Source of the DNA: Chrysomallon squamiferum
Lineage: Eukaryota > Animalia > Mollusca
Reading direction: 5' to 3'
NCBI GenBank assembly: GCA_012295275.1
Contig: CM022671.1
Span: forward strand, 32,984,001 to 33,048,000
Length of the DNA stretch: 64,000 bases
Below are positions 1-13,309 of the stretch, one piece after another; position 1 is the stretch's first letter; each line of letters begins with the position of its first letter. Below the pieces are notes generated by a model. That model made no database searches and was not told the origin of the DNA. It was given only the letters and a program-made list of their open reading frames with translations. Made by a program: the position numbers and the translations under genes.

Positions 1-353
1 TGAACAAGAAGCTGGCTTGGAAGGATTCCGAGATCACCAAACTGACGGCCGAGGTGGAAGTTCTGAACGAAGAGGTTGCCATGCTGCGGCAAAGACTGTC
101 GCTAAGCCAGGAAGGAAAAGGCGAAATTGCAACAAAATGGGAATATCCTGAAGAAGGAAGGCCCAACGGTATCGATTTTGATGATCATACGCAGCAGTTC
201 CGCGGAAACGGTTTGAAGAACAATTTAAATGTCTATTCACAGCGATTGAAAGGACACCAGAATGAAAAACGAAACAGAGAGAACGCACCATTGTCAAAGG
301 CGAAGAGCATGGACTATCGCCGACCTACTACGTCAAACTTGGACACAACCTGA
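1..353 (+). CDS. 3' end (terminal exon, 5'-truncated by the window) of an unidentified coiled-coil protein gene
   Basis: Frame open from position 3 (NKKLAWKDSEITKLTAEVEVLNEEVAMLRQRLSLSQ...) to TGA ending at 353; heptad-like pattern; markedly more GC-rich than the AT-rich sequence that follows. Confidence 0.6.
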   Translation, partial: NKKLAWKDSEITKLTAEVEVLNEEVAMLRQRLSLSQEGKGEIATKWEYPEEGRPNGIDFDDHTQQFRGNGLKNNLNVYSQRLKGHQNEKRNRENAPLSKAKSMDYRRPTTSNLDTT

Positions 354-1037
354 TTTTCAGTAAACAAAAATACAAGTGTAGCTCGAATTAAACAAACATT
401 GTACAAAGATTTTTTATAAAATGTTTGCTGCTGTTTTCGTTATATCAATGATCTTATGTAAATGTTTTATAGTTAATTAAGAAATAAATTATATTATTTA
501 ATTTCATATTAAAAAAATAAAAAAATTAAAATAAAAAAATAAAAAATGTTTAAGTCACCCTCTCATCATTCAAATGTTTTATTGTCAACAGCAAATAGTT
601 TTAGTGAAACGGGCATTTTCTGCTGACGTTTTCATCAGTTTTAGATAAATTGTTGTTAATAATAATAATAATAATTAAATAGGTACGTTAAATTCAAAAA
701 TTATAAAAGTAAATGATTAGGTAATATCTATCTATAGTTAGGTAATATCAACTGTTTTATATTAGTAATAAAGATGGTGTCATTATTCTATTACTCGTTA
801 GTATTATAAAAATATTTATAATTAGCTTTACTTCCACTCAGGAAACTAGATTTTTTATATTATTATTATTTTCTTAACTTTACTTTATTGATTTATTGAT
901 TTATTTAATTTTTATTTAGAATTTATTTATTTGTGTTTGTTTAACCTATATTTACAAACCCATTTCGTCAGCGAAATATTGAAATTCACGATGGCTTATG
1001 CTCCACTCATTTCTTTTTCTTCTTTTTTTGAATCCGG

Positions 1038-2402
1038 TATAAAAGAATATTTGTTCCAACCCATGCATGGAGGAACTAATATTTGGCGAATATTAATTCC
1101 CCATTCTTAGGGGGAATTCATAGAATTAGGGTGAAATTTTCTAACTTGGATAACGATACATTTTTTCAAATGAATTTTCCTCGATATTTTCGTGCCAGTG
1201 TATTCTGTCCTCAGTGTTTTGATAACTGGAAATAAGAATTAGAGAAATAAAAAGATAAGCTGGTTGCAGAAGGAAAATTAATACAGTGCCAAAGTGTTAT
1301 GATTGTGTTAAGCATAATTCTCAAAACCTATTCAGGGAAATTTATATTTTTGTCTCCTAAATACACCAAAATTCACCATATTCACCCCCCCCCAGCAGAA
1401 CTTGGTTTTTGTGGTGATCAACATTTGCCACCAGTTCCTGACCAGTTCTTCAGGATACCTTAACATCCACTCTTGTATTTCCTGGATCAACACCTGAATT
1501 TAGGATGCTGAGGTCTATGATAATGCAGATGTGAGCTCCAAGCAATATGTAAAAAAAAAAAAAAATAAAAAAAAATTAGCAAAAGATATATGAAGAGGTG
1601 TAACCCTCTAGGTGTTGTCTTGGCTAACTTGTTGTATTGTTGACATTTTACGTATGAGCACAACAGACATTAAAATCATCAAACATGCCTTTGCATGAAA
1701 AATGGCTCCTTAACCTCTGCCATTTTCTCACAGGCAAAATGTCCTGGTAACTCAGCATCATGGACAGACTGTAGAATTAATGTAGAAGTCCATCTTGTAC
1801 TGAATTGCACCGAGTTTAGGAGAATCCTCCGGGTATTTTCCTTCAGTCACATAGGCCAGGAGCTTGTTAATCCTCCTCATCATAATCAGATGTATATCAA
1901 AATCAAAGGTCTTGTCATTGGACTTACTTTGACACTTCAGGTTCAAACACGTGACTCGGTTCCTGGTATCTAGAAGAAAAAAGTTCAGCGGCTGTGTTAG
2001 TGTAGCACTTTAATAAAAAGTCTGAGGCACAATGCAATGTTTCAAAGCAAGGGCATGCATAGGCCTAGAACAGGATTATAGATAATAAAAAAATCACTAA
2101 TGATAAATGGATTTAGGGATGAATGTTTTAACCTTCATTTAAAAAACGGGAATATTCCTATTTTCAAGATGGGAGTAGTGGTCATGTACCCAAATATATC
2201 CCTCGGTTATTTCTTCACCTATCTACAATTTTAAATGTGCTTTTGTGAATCTATCTGCAGTTGTGTTTAGTCAATTTCAATAGACATACACTGTATTCTA
2301 CAAACACAATACATAGCTATACCTGAAAATAATGACAGAGGGGAGGAAACAAATATTTGTAAGGGTGACAAATATTTCAGGGGAAACAAATATTCTCTGA
2401 CA
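1038..2402 (-). mobile_element. Decayed Ginger-like (Gypsy-integrase-related) DNA transposon remnant
   Basis: CCGG direct repeats at 1034-1037 and 2403-2406; imperfect TIRs TATAAAAGAATATTTGTT / revcomp TGTCAGAGAATATTTGTT; frameshifted minus-strand fragments LLAYVTEGKYPEDSPK, SVQDGLLH, LILQSVHDAELPGHFACEK...EPFF, KGMFDDF, VKCQQYNKLAKTTP resembling an integrase H2C2 zinc-binding domain. Confidence 0.7.
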
Positions 2403-3445
2403 CCGGTACTGAACTTTACATTTTCATGATTTTGCACAAATCAAATAAACTCAGTTTATTCATGTTTAGAAATATTAACTATATTTTCCAAATGTCAGGG
2501 GCAACATAAAAGCAAGAAGAGATTTATTCCATATTTTGAACTGATGTTATATATCAAATAATCACATAATAAATTACATAATAATAAATATATATATTTT
2601 AGTTTAAAACGAAATATATAAATCAAGGAATCCTTGGATTTCATTAACCATTCTAATATTGCATTAAAAGATAATAAAACAAATTTTAAAAATCAAACTT
2701 TATTCAAAATAAAAATTCAGTTTCTTTAGATTAATATTTGCTGATATGTATGCATCAAATTTTTTTTTCTTCTTTTATTATGTTTCTGCAGACATTTTTC
2801 AATACCAACCTTAAAATAGATATATTAATAAAGGTACTAAATGTCTTTTAATGAAAAAAAAAAAAATCTGCATGTTTTTGTACAAAAACACGTTTGCATG
2901 TTCGGTTGTTGATTTTAAGATCATAATAACTTAATTTTTAGTCACTATACAAGGAGACTAGTGTTATTTTAAAACGTATACTTTGTAAAACAAAAACAAT
3001 CTTTTTATTTTTTCCAGTTGGTGTGACAGTATTCTGTCTTTAGATTTTATTTTGGCACACAAGTGAGTCAGAAGTGGTTACACAGATGGAAAACAGATTA
3101 TGAAAATAACACAAAGTCAAATGAGCTGAAGAAATATATACTGCCAATACCTCTGATGAGTTTTATAATAACTAACAAATGCAACATTATGAAAATTCTT
3201 GAAAATGGAATATTTCTCTTATGATGTGTGTGTTTCTCTGTTTTCATGTGGTTATTTCTTCCATTTTCCTTCATTTGCTTTTATATCCAATGTTTGCAAG
3301 ACATCCAGTTTTTTTCAAATTTGTTTCTACTTAATTTCTTTCTGCATGATGCCCATTAAACATCCACTTAAATACAACTAGTTGTTTTCAGTTTGTTCTA
3401 AGTTGGTATCAGGAATGTTTTAATTTTATTCAGCTGTTACATATT

Positions 3446-6400
3446 TCAAGTTTTATCTGACTGTTTTGTTTGTCTCTCCACCATCTTCTTCTTCTGGTTT
3501 TCCAGGAACTGTTTGAAGGATGCTGCCTCCCTTAGCTCATCTTCATCTAAATAAAATAACAAAACAAAATCAGGTATCAAACAAAAAGCCAAATTAGAGG
3601 GAGAAATCAATCAAGATTCAGCCATGAATGTTGCTGTTGAAATGTGAACAGAAAATATGAAATCAAAAAAAAAAAAAAAAATATGACTTAAGAAAATGTG
3701 ATTTATTTGGCAATGACTAAAAACATATTTTTATTCATTTCAACTAAAGACTACATAAAATTTAAAAGTCTTATATTAATTTTGTAATCTAAAATTATTT
3801 ATGATTTACATGAGTTAACCCATACACCTGTCTAGAAACAACATTAAGTACACCAATAAAGTTATATTTTAATATCTCTCTAAATGCTGAATAACAAACT
3901 AACCCATTTCTGGTCCTGCTGTTCCAACAAATTCATCATCAGAGTCCTCTTCTTCCTGCCCTGGCATAACCACAATCCCTGCTGGCCTCATCTGTAACAG
4001 TTCATCTGAAAAAAAACAAAGTGAAAACAGTAACAACTTGCATGGCAGAAACAGTTTATGTTTTTGATATATTTCAAATAATCTACAACTTCATCTGTCT
4101 TTGTGCTTTAGTTATGTGATTCATAATTAATATGTTTAAAAGACGGACCATTTTGAAACGCATATACATCTGAATATATATTAAAAAAAAAAAAAAAAAC
4201 GGGAATGATTGTAACATAATTCAAATCATAAACATCAAACATTGAACCCTTCTTGAACAAATTCAGAAAATGTCTGATGTAGAAATAAATACGACAGAAA
4301 TTAACAAAGAAACATTTAAAACACAGCTGTTTAAAAAACATAGCTATGTTTATGGGTGATCACAACAGACTTCATATATTAAGTTCATCTGTGCTCTAAC
4401 TGAATTTCTTCTCACCTTTAACACTAGCAGTGTTCCCACCAGCAATGTCTGCCTTCACTCTCTCCATCTGATCTTTCTTCTGCTGTTCATGTTCTTCTTC
4501 TTTTTCCTTCTTTAACTTTTCATAATGTGGTTTGTATTCACTGAAAATGAAAATTACCAGAAAGTAGAGAAATAGCAGTATTAAAAAACATATATAAATT
4601 AATTAGAAAAAAGGGGAATAATAAACAAGCAATGAATGATAAGTTATTCCACAAAGGCCATAAATGACTGAAAATGTGACTAATGATCACATCTTATTTG
4701 ACAATAGGAACAACATACAAGTAATATTAGTCATTAATTTCATATGACTATGATAAAATTAACATGTAGAGGTAATAAATATAAATATGTACTGCACAAA
4801 GGGAGTTTATATGCTGATAAGTGTGGTACTAATTTGATAAATGGAGGTTATACATGGACAAACACAGTACCACTAAAGGGAGATTATACACTGTGGTGAT
4901 AACTAACGAAATGAAGGGAGGTAAATCACTGGTGCTTTACCTTTCATATTCCAATGCTGCTTCATCAATTTTCTCAAAGAATTCCTTCATACCCTCTCCT
5001 GTAACAGCCGACACTCCCACAGACTAGAGGAAACGGTCATTAAAAATAATTACTGTATTTTTTATGTAAATTTTGTGTGTGTGCACATGTACATGGTGGT
5101 ATATGTGATGTAAACAGATAAGCAAAAAAACAAAAACAGATCTAAATAAACAAAAAAAACTGATGTAAACAGATCTAAATAAGCAAAAAAACTTGTATTT
5201 TAGTTCGGAAAGTTGAGAAAAAATATTGTTTTTATTCAGTATCTCTTAAAGAATATCCAATATCATTTGATTTTTGGCTTTCCTCATTTTAGATTGTTAT
5301 ATATTATATATTCCTTCAATTAAATCTAATTTTTTTTTTTTTCCATTTGGAAATTTATTTCTATCATTTTAAAAAATAATATATATATGAAAAGATGATT
5401 AAAATTTGTAAAAATTATGCATGCATTGTGTATGTGGTCTTTTTCAGTTTCTAATTTTTTTTCAAATTATTGTAATTTTTTGTTTGTTTTTTGTACCATG
5501 AAAAGATGATCTTTCACATTTAACCTAAACTGTTGAAACAAAACAAGTTTACCTTGATATTTTCATAAAATTCATCCAAGACTAAACTCATAGATCTTGT
5601 CAGATTAGACACATATGATGTCTCCTGTTCCAAAGCATCTTGGAAAGATTCAAAATCAGTCATCCATTCTACAGCGAAACTATTACTTACAATATCAATC
5701 TGAAATAACACAAATCAGAAATCAACGGATGAAATAATTTAAGAAAAACTGATATTTTATGGATATGGCCAATATGGGCTTTCTGAACATGGAACATTTA
5801 TTCAAGCTCTGTGATCACTGGTTAATCCACTATTTGTATTACTCCTGTCAAAATTTGATATTCAGCAGAGTAAGAAACAGCAGTCAGCCTTGCATTAGAA
5901 ATCATTCTTTACTTCTAGAAATAACAAGGAACCATATGATCAAGATTTATCTTTTGCTTGAAACAAAACAATAAATTATATAATATATATTTTGTCATTT
6001 AATATTTTCTTTTCAATTAAAATCTCAAATGAGGCAACTATTAACTAACAAAAGTATTATCATTTTTAAATACTGTTAAACTATATTTTTAAAAACATGC
6101 TGTAGGATTACCTTATTCATTGCTATTATAAAAGGAAGTTTTGTTTTGTACAAGATGCTGCAAGCATATGTCATGTTAGACATAAATGTAACAGGGTTCA
6201 CACTTCGAGAGGTATCCATTACATACACAATCACTGTCGGGAACATAGAAGCCTGAAGAAAAATAACAATAACAACAACAACAACAACAACAACAACAAA
6301 AATAATAATAATAAAAGTAATAATAATAATAGTAATAATAATATAGAAAAACATTTAAAACGAAAATGAATGAAAATAACACTGTTATACCATGTCATAT

Positions 6401-8840
6401 CAAGATTCCCAATTTTTTCCTGTTATTATTATTTTATAATATGGTTGGTTATTTTTGTAACCAGCATCCATATTTGACAAAATAATACAATGACAGCCAT
6501 ATTGCACATTTAAAAAGATACTTACTAATGTTTCAGTGATAATGCTGCCTGACGCTGACCAAGTGAACACTTCTATTTGTCCTGGAGTGTCTATTATTAC
6601 ATGTCTGATAAATGAAATTTAAAAAACAATAAATACATAAACAACTTGCACAAATTAAATACACTTCATAGATGTGAGTTTCACAGCCTAAAAAAGATTA
6701 GTAATAAAATTTTAAAAAAGTTTTCATATTCCTACTAAACACTGTTATTTTTCATCCTTTATCTATTGTATTTTGATCAAAATTTTAGTTTTTTTTTAAA
6801 TATGTTTAAGGAATAATTTTAAAGCAATAACAATAGCTGTTTGAAAATGAGGTGACTTTTTCCCAGTTAAAATAAATAATTGACTTACCTTGCCTGCTTC
6901 AATCTCTTATCAATAAACTCAATCACCTGTTTAAGAAATAAAAATAAAAATAAAAGCAATAAAAACAACACACTTTTAAATCAAGATACAACTAATTTGT
7001 CATATTAATGAACTTCATGAACTTGAGTTTTTATTCCAGACTTTTTTTCATTTATTATAGTGGATTAAAGAGTAGTCATTTGATATGTAACAGATTATGG
7101 AACTGATGTTTAACAAGATCTTAGCTGCTCCAATTTTCTATTTCTAACTTAAAGCTTTAAGGGATGAAGTTCAGTAGATTAAATGCAGGCCTCAGGCATG
7201 AACCTCATCAGTGCATCAAAAGGCTATTTCCTGTACTCCAGTTAGTGTTGTGTGGCCATGTACTGTTCCTTTTTTCCTGAAGTTTGTTTCCTTGTTTCTT
7301 TTTTTTTTTGGACTGGTGTATTTTTATTAAAATATATAAAAAATAACTAACTTCATTTTCATAATGAAAGAACATTTACAATTTTTTTTTCACACTCACC
7401 TGATCAAATCGAGTTGCAAACAGATTTAGGGATGTGACAATTCCTCCATTTGGACCCAAAGAATAACTAGATGTTAGTTAAGTGAAAAATGTTATAGCCA
7501 TGTTTTTTGTGTATGCATAATCAACTCTTATAATGTATCTTGTGGAGATATGTAGGAACCAAATTAAAAATGAAAGGGGTCACCGCTTTTAACTTAAAAA
7601 AAAAAAAATTGAAATGAATAGTGCTGTGTCCTGTTTGGAATCACTGAATTATTTCCATTTTGCCATGTGTAGAACAATTTTGTGATAGGATACATCATTG
7701 AATTACTGTCAGATGTTATATAAATATGATATATAGAGCTTTATAGGCACAGCAGAAGTTATTTAAGTCATGATTATTATATTATGAAGACTAAACCATG
7801 TGTAGCTCATTTGTGTATGCTCTGAAAGGATACTGTTTCATAACCTCTTTATAGTTAACAGTATCTCGAATATCTGAAAAATGAAAATAATAGTTTAACT
7901 GTTTAGCAACATGTCAGTTAGAATTTCAAAATCATTTGTTTCAAACATGGCTAAGACATTAAATATTCCAACACAGAAATTATGAAATGAAAAATTAAGA
8001 TTTTATAGTATGAATTTCCATTATAATCTCATTTATATAAACACACAGTGTGACAGAATAAATGACAGAATGTTGTATTCAAACAAACTGTAATCACAGC
8101 TGTATATATATAATTACTCTCAAGACAAAATGTGTAATCAAATATTCAAAAAGAACTAAACCATAATAATTTACAGTATATATGTATGTATCTATTAATC
8201 AATTTACCTCTCATACAATTTGTTAATATACTAATACTGGTAATAGTAATATCAAAAAAATTTATATAATTATTAAAAAAAAAAATAACACTGGAAATTT
8301 ATTTACCAATATTGGCTGGAAATGGCACTTCATGTACAGCTGGATCCAAGTTAATCACATATGGTGGCAACTTTCTTGCATGTAAGTGTGCAGTAATTCT
8401 CTAAATGAAACAATAAATATAATTTGGCATATATGATATAAAAAAACACTTATGTGCATTGTCACGATTGTACTATGTATTTTTTAAAATAAGGTATATT
8501 TAAAAAATATTATTTGGAATATAATATGAAATTTATTCTTCTACACTCTAGTCCAGATTCTAACACTATCTCAAAAGATTTTTAATTATATAATATTATA
8601 AATATCGAAATTATATAATAACGAATATACATCGCCAAAAGTAGAAAAAGTACAAACCTGCACAAAAGTTGTCTTTCCAGAACCTGCCATTCCTAAAACA
8701 ATGACACATATCGGTTTACTGGTGGGAATACTTTTTTCCGTACTGCTGTCAGCTTCATCTGAATTTGACTGCTCTACCTTCGGAAAATTCACATCATTCG
8801 TTTCGCGAACTGGCGCATCACATGCAGCATACTCGGCCAT
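3446..8840 (-). CDS. GPN1: GPN-loop GTPase 1 (XAB1), 12 coding exons
   Basis: Exons 8840-8658, 8400-8307, 7873-7834, 7466-7400, 6926-6889, 6604-6526, 6252-6112, 5699-5553, 5023-4941, 4540-4416, 4005-3904, 3546-3446; all phases compatible. Motifs GMAGSGKTT (P-loop), [20 protein letters not shown] (GPN loop), [30 protein letters not shown], acidic tail. Confidence 0.96.
7467..7833 (-). other. U12-type (minor spliceosome) GT-AG intron in GPN1
   Basis: Donor reads GTATCCTTTC on the minus strand (plus strand GAAAGGATAC, 7824-7833); branch-like TTCACTTAAC about 12 nt before the AG acceptor, with no polypyrimidine tract. Confidence 0.88.
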
Positions 8841-9170
8841 TCTTCTTTTATGTTTATTGTAGTTTCCTCCAGTTCTTTCTGAACAACGGTAGGTGTCAAA
8901 AAGGGACTATTAACTATGGTGATAGATATATATTTTTAAAATCTGTTATGATATAATATTCTACTTTCTAAATACTTTTTTCTTGCGGAAGGGTATGTTA
9001 TTAATTAATTAATTAATTAATTTAAATATTTATTTTTCACATACGGTATAGAAAAGATTTTGGTCGAACCGAACCGGTCTACTTACTATTAACTACAGGA
9101 ACCAGTCGAAATATGATATTACTTTTGGTTTCTCCGGTCATGTGATTTGTTCGTAATACATAAAAGGGAA
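8841..9170. promoter_or_regulatory. Bidirectional promoter region between GPN1 and HPS4, with an M-box/CLEAR-like GGTCATGTGA at 9136-9145
   Basis: Start codons diverge 330 bp apart (8840 / 9171); local CpG enrichment; TCATGTGA E-box about 25 bp upstream of the HPS4 ATG. Confidence 0.65.
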
Positions 9171-10443
9171 ATGGCGAAAAACTGCAGGTTTGGTTTAACG
9201 TTTGTTTTGCTTTTTTCTTTAGTGACAGTCTTACACAAACATATAATACTGTTTCTTTTGTGTCATTATTATTTTAAATAAATATTTCAGGAAAACTGAC
9301 ACTCACACTGTGACACACTGACAGTGACACCAAGTTGAACATGTTCATAATTATTACTATTAGTATTACTATTACTATCACTCTTACTATTAGTAATTGA
9401 ACTAATTCAGGTTTAGAATTTAAGAAATTGATTGTTAGGCGTTGATTTAGTTAATATTTATCATCTAACCAGTACACATAAAGAAAATGTATGTAACAAT
9501 TTTTTTAAAATCTTTTTGTAGTATGTTCATCTTTGACCATACTGTTTTAAAACGAGAAGAAGATGATTTGAAAGATGCTATTCTGTACTTCTGTCCATAT
9601 AACGTAAGCAATTAAGTTCTTCTATTGTCCATTTAACCATTTTTAGTGTCTGACAAAACCCTTTTTTTTTTTTTTCTTACATTAAAAGTATAATATGATG
9701 GTTTAATTTAAAAATTGCAATATATTTGTTTACTTCAAAATGTACGATCGGTTGTTTTGTGTCTGTGCGTGTAAACAGGAAGACTGCCAGTCATTATAAT
9801 AAAATATAATAACAAGCCCAAGTATATGGTCAAATTAGTATGTCAGATTTATTTATTCATAATTGTTTTATTTGATCTCTAGGCTACTGGATAAATCTTT
9901 CCAAATTTGTGTGCGTACAATAATTTTTTTTATTTATTACATCACATGTCTGAAATGTTTATTTTATAGTTTCATTTTTTTTGTTTTGTTATTATAATTT
10001 ATTATTATTATTATTATCCATTTATTATTATTTATTTATTTATTTTTAAAAATGACGATTGCATTTTGTTTGTATGTTGTTTTTTTTTTTTTAAATTGTA
10101 TTAAAGTTATAAAAGTAATATAATGGATTTACATATAATAATAATTAAGATTGTAATTTACAGGTTAGCAGTGATGGCCAGTGTGCTCTGGTTGGAAAAA
10201 TTATTGGTATATCAGATTTCTTAACAGAAATGCTGCCGAAATCTCCACCAAAAATAATTAAACTGCAAACAGAAAAATTTGCAATGAAAAGAACAGGTTG
10301 CTATAGCATAGTAAGTAATTCCCAGTTCAGATCATAAAATAATTATAGTTATACTTCATATGTTATATAAATACTAAATAGATTATTCATTTAATCTGTA
10401 TCTAAGAAAGCAGTAACTGAATATTTGTTTTAATAATTCATTT

Positions 10444-10524
<81 letters not shown>

Positions 10525-13260
10525 GATGTACGTATAAACAGTTTCATATAAACAGTTCATTTTAAAATATATGTTAACATTAAATTTATTTGATTCTTTT
10601 CAACCAAATGGTGATTGCTATTTATTTCTATATTTGTGTGGAAATTACATGCTGTTAACCGAATGCTTGATTCTTACTGATAAAAATCTGCCTCATACTC
10701 CTTATTTACAGGGCCTGGGTGGCAGTCTTTCTGTGGCTGATAAGTTTTTGCTTGCACACTTGGAGTTTGTATGGAATACTTTTGTTTTCTTCCAGGGTGG
10801 ATTGTCAGCTATTAAACAGGTATCAAACTTCTTTGTCCAGTTAAACTACACTTTCTTACTGATTCTTATATGATATCATCATCAGATAGTTATGTAAATA
10901 TTGCTATGTTATTGCTACAGCTTTACTGTGACATCATCTTGACTGAACAAAGTTTTGGTTTATTTTTGTATGCTGTTCTGTTAAGCTACATAATATATCA
11001 ATTGAACAGTACTAGATCGTCTCTTGTAGGTTTGATCACTGATATTTCTCCCATTTCAAACACTGTCCCTTAAGTTATTTATGTTCTTTCATGTAGGCAG
11101 AACAAAACAAAATGTATTTTTTATTTCTAAGCAAAGTTCCCATGAAATGGCACTAAAAATATATATAACAAACACCTTATAACTGTTAAATTGTTTTTAG
11201 GTATTTTAAGCATTGCTTATCACACTTTTGTGCATCACATTCCTACTTTTTATATGTGACCTTTGGTGTGTGTTTACATTTGTAATGATGTATCACTTTT
11301 GCCAATATTCCCATATACATGCATGACATTATTTGCTTGATTGATTATGTTGTCTTACATCGTGACTTGTTCATGATGCTTGTTTTAAATACACTAATAA
11401 CTACATCAGTGATAACAGTATTGATAACTAATAGTAGTACTTCCTTGTTATGTAATTTACATATCTGCCACAGTTTTACTTATGTTATCTATCCAGTTAT
11501 AAATTAATTATTTTCACACAGACAACAACATTTATTATCACATTTAATTAACCGTTTTCTTAAACTGCTGATCACTAGCAAATATTGATTGATTGAACTG
11601 TTAATGAAAACAGTAATGTCAGTAATAATTAATCATTAAACCATAATTTTTGGATGTTTTACATTTATATAAAGTTTGAAATTATGTTTGTATAGATATC
11701 AGGAATCTTATCAAGCTTGTGAACATGTGTCAGTGTGTGTGCATGCATGCATGTATGTATATCCTAAATCAACAGCTCTAAAACACTCTTTATTACTTTT
11801 TGGTCAATTTACCTCATATAATACATGTAGCCATATAATATGTGTTCTTGGATTTTTGTTAAGAATTGCCTGAAACAATTTCATGATATATGTTTCTTAA
11901 TTATCAGATTTTAAAATATGACTTTTTTAAAAATCATGATTTTAACAATTTTGTCATATTTATCTAACTTATTACAGTTGTAATTTCATTTCCCCCATCT
12001 TTCCAGCGCTACAAAAAGCAGATGTTTCTACAAGAGTTGTCAAAGATATGGAATATCTATCTGCCTTTTTGTCAGTGTTACAGTGATAACTTATCCCAGG
12101 CATTTCAAGTTCTTCCTACAGTTAAGTTAGATAAAGTAAGCTTGGTTGCTTTTTAACCTTCAAATGCTAGCTGTATTATTCTTAGCCTTGTGGACAGTCA
12201 TTACAATAAATATTCATAGGAAGGTTTCCTCAAAAATTTGTTGTTAAACTTATACCTTCAATACAATTTTAAAAACATTTTGTATAGTTTCAGATTATTA
12301 GTTTATTATTAAGCTCAAATCTTTGCTAATAATGAAGTATTGCAAATATATAATAAAAAAAAAAGAATAAGCTGATTAAATGTTTGAAAACTAATGTTTA
12401 TTCCAGTTTTGTAATGTTATTTTGTGAAGAAAAATGCAATAATAATGCCTATTAGATGAAGTTCATAAATAATTACTGTATAATACTTTATCTGTGATAA
12501 CAGCTGTCATTTAAGTAACTGTATACTTTCAGAATGATGGCAATGTGTTTCTTCATGCATCTCACATTTTACAGAGAAGTTGCAGACAGGATTCTGTGGT
12601 GCTTGGTGGTGCTTTAGTGTATGACAGCAAGTAGGTGTTTTAAAAACACTGTATCCAGAACACTTAGAATATTTTCACATATAATAAATTAAAACTTTCT
12701 TTCTTTCTGAAATTTGTTTATTTATTTTATTTTCATTCATTAAGGTATGTATATTTTATTAATTACTTGATTCATATTTTTGATAATAATATTTTATTTT
12801 ATGTTTTGTTTTATTTTATTTCATAAATAATCAAAGATTATTTTCCAGCCACAAAATCAAATCTGTTTCTATACATAGGTAATTCATTACAATGTAAAAT
12901 GTCTTTAATTATCCTCCAGTAAATATAATCTGAATTTCTCTTTTTTGTCCATTTTAGAGTGATTTGTACACAGTTATCACCAGAAATCACAAAAAGATTT
13001 TTATTACTGAAACCACAACAGACTCATGTAAGACATTAAATTAAAGCAATCTCATTTATTGATTTACATTTAGTTTGCTACAGTTTATTTCAGAACCATC
13101 TTTCCCTTAGACCTAACTGTTTATTTTACCTATCTGTAAATAAGAGAGAGGGTGAACATTTAGTACTGAATTGTTTATACAGAGTTCTGATATGCAACAA
13201 CTTACATTCATATACATACTTTATATATATATATATATATATATGCATATAGGTATACCT

Positions 13261-13309
<49 letters not shown>

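Noticed and set aside
7155-7275. Possible decayed tRNA-derived SINE in a GPN1 intron
   Set aside because: Slightly GC-richer and SINE-like, but A/B boxes and boundaries are too eroded to support a call.
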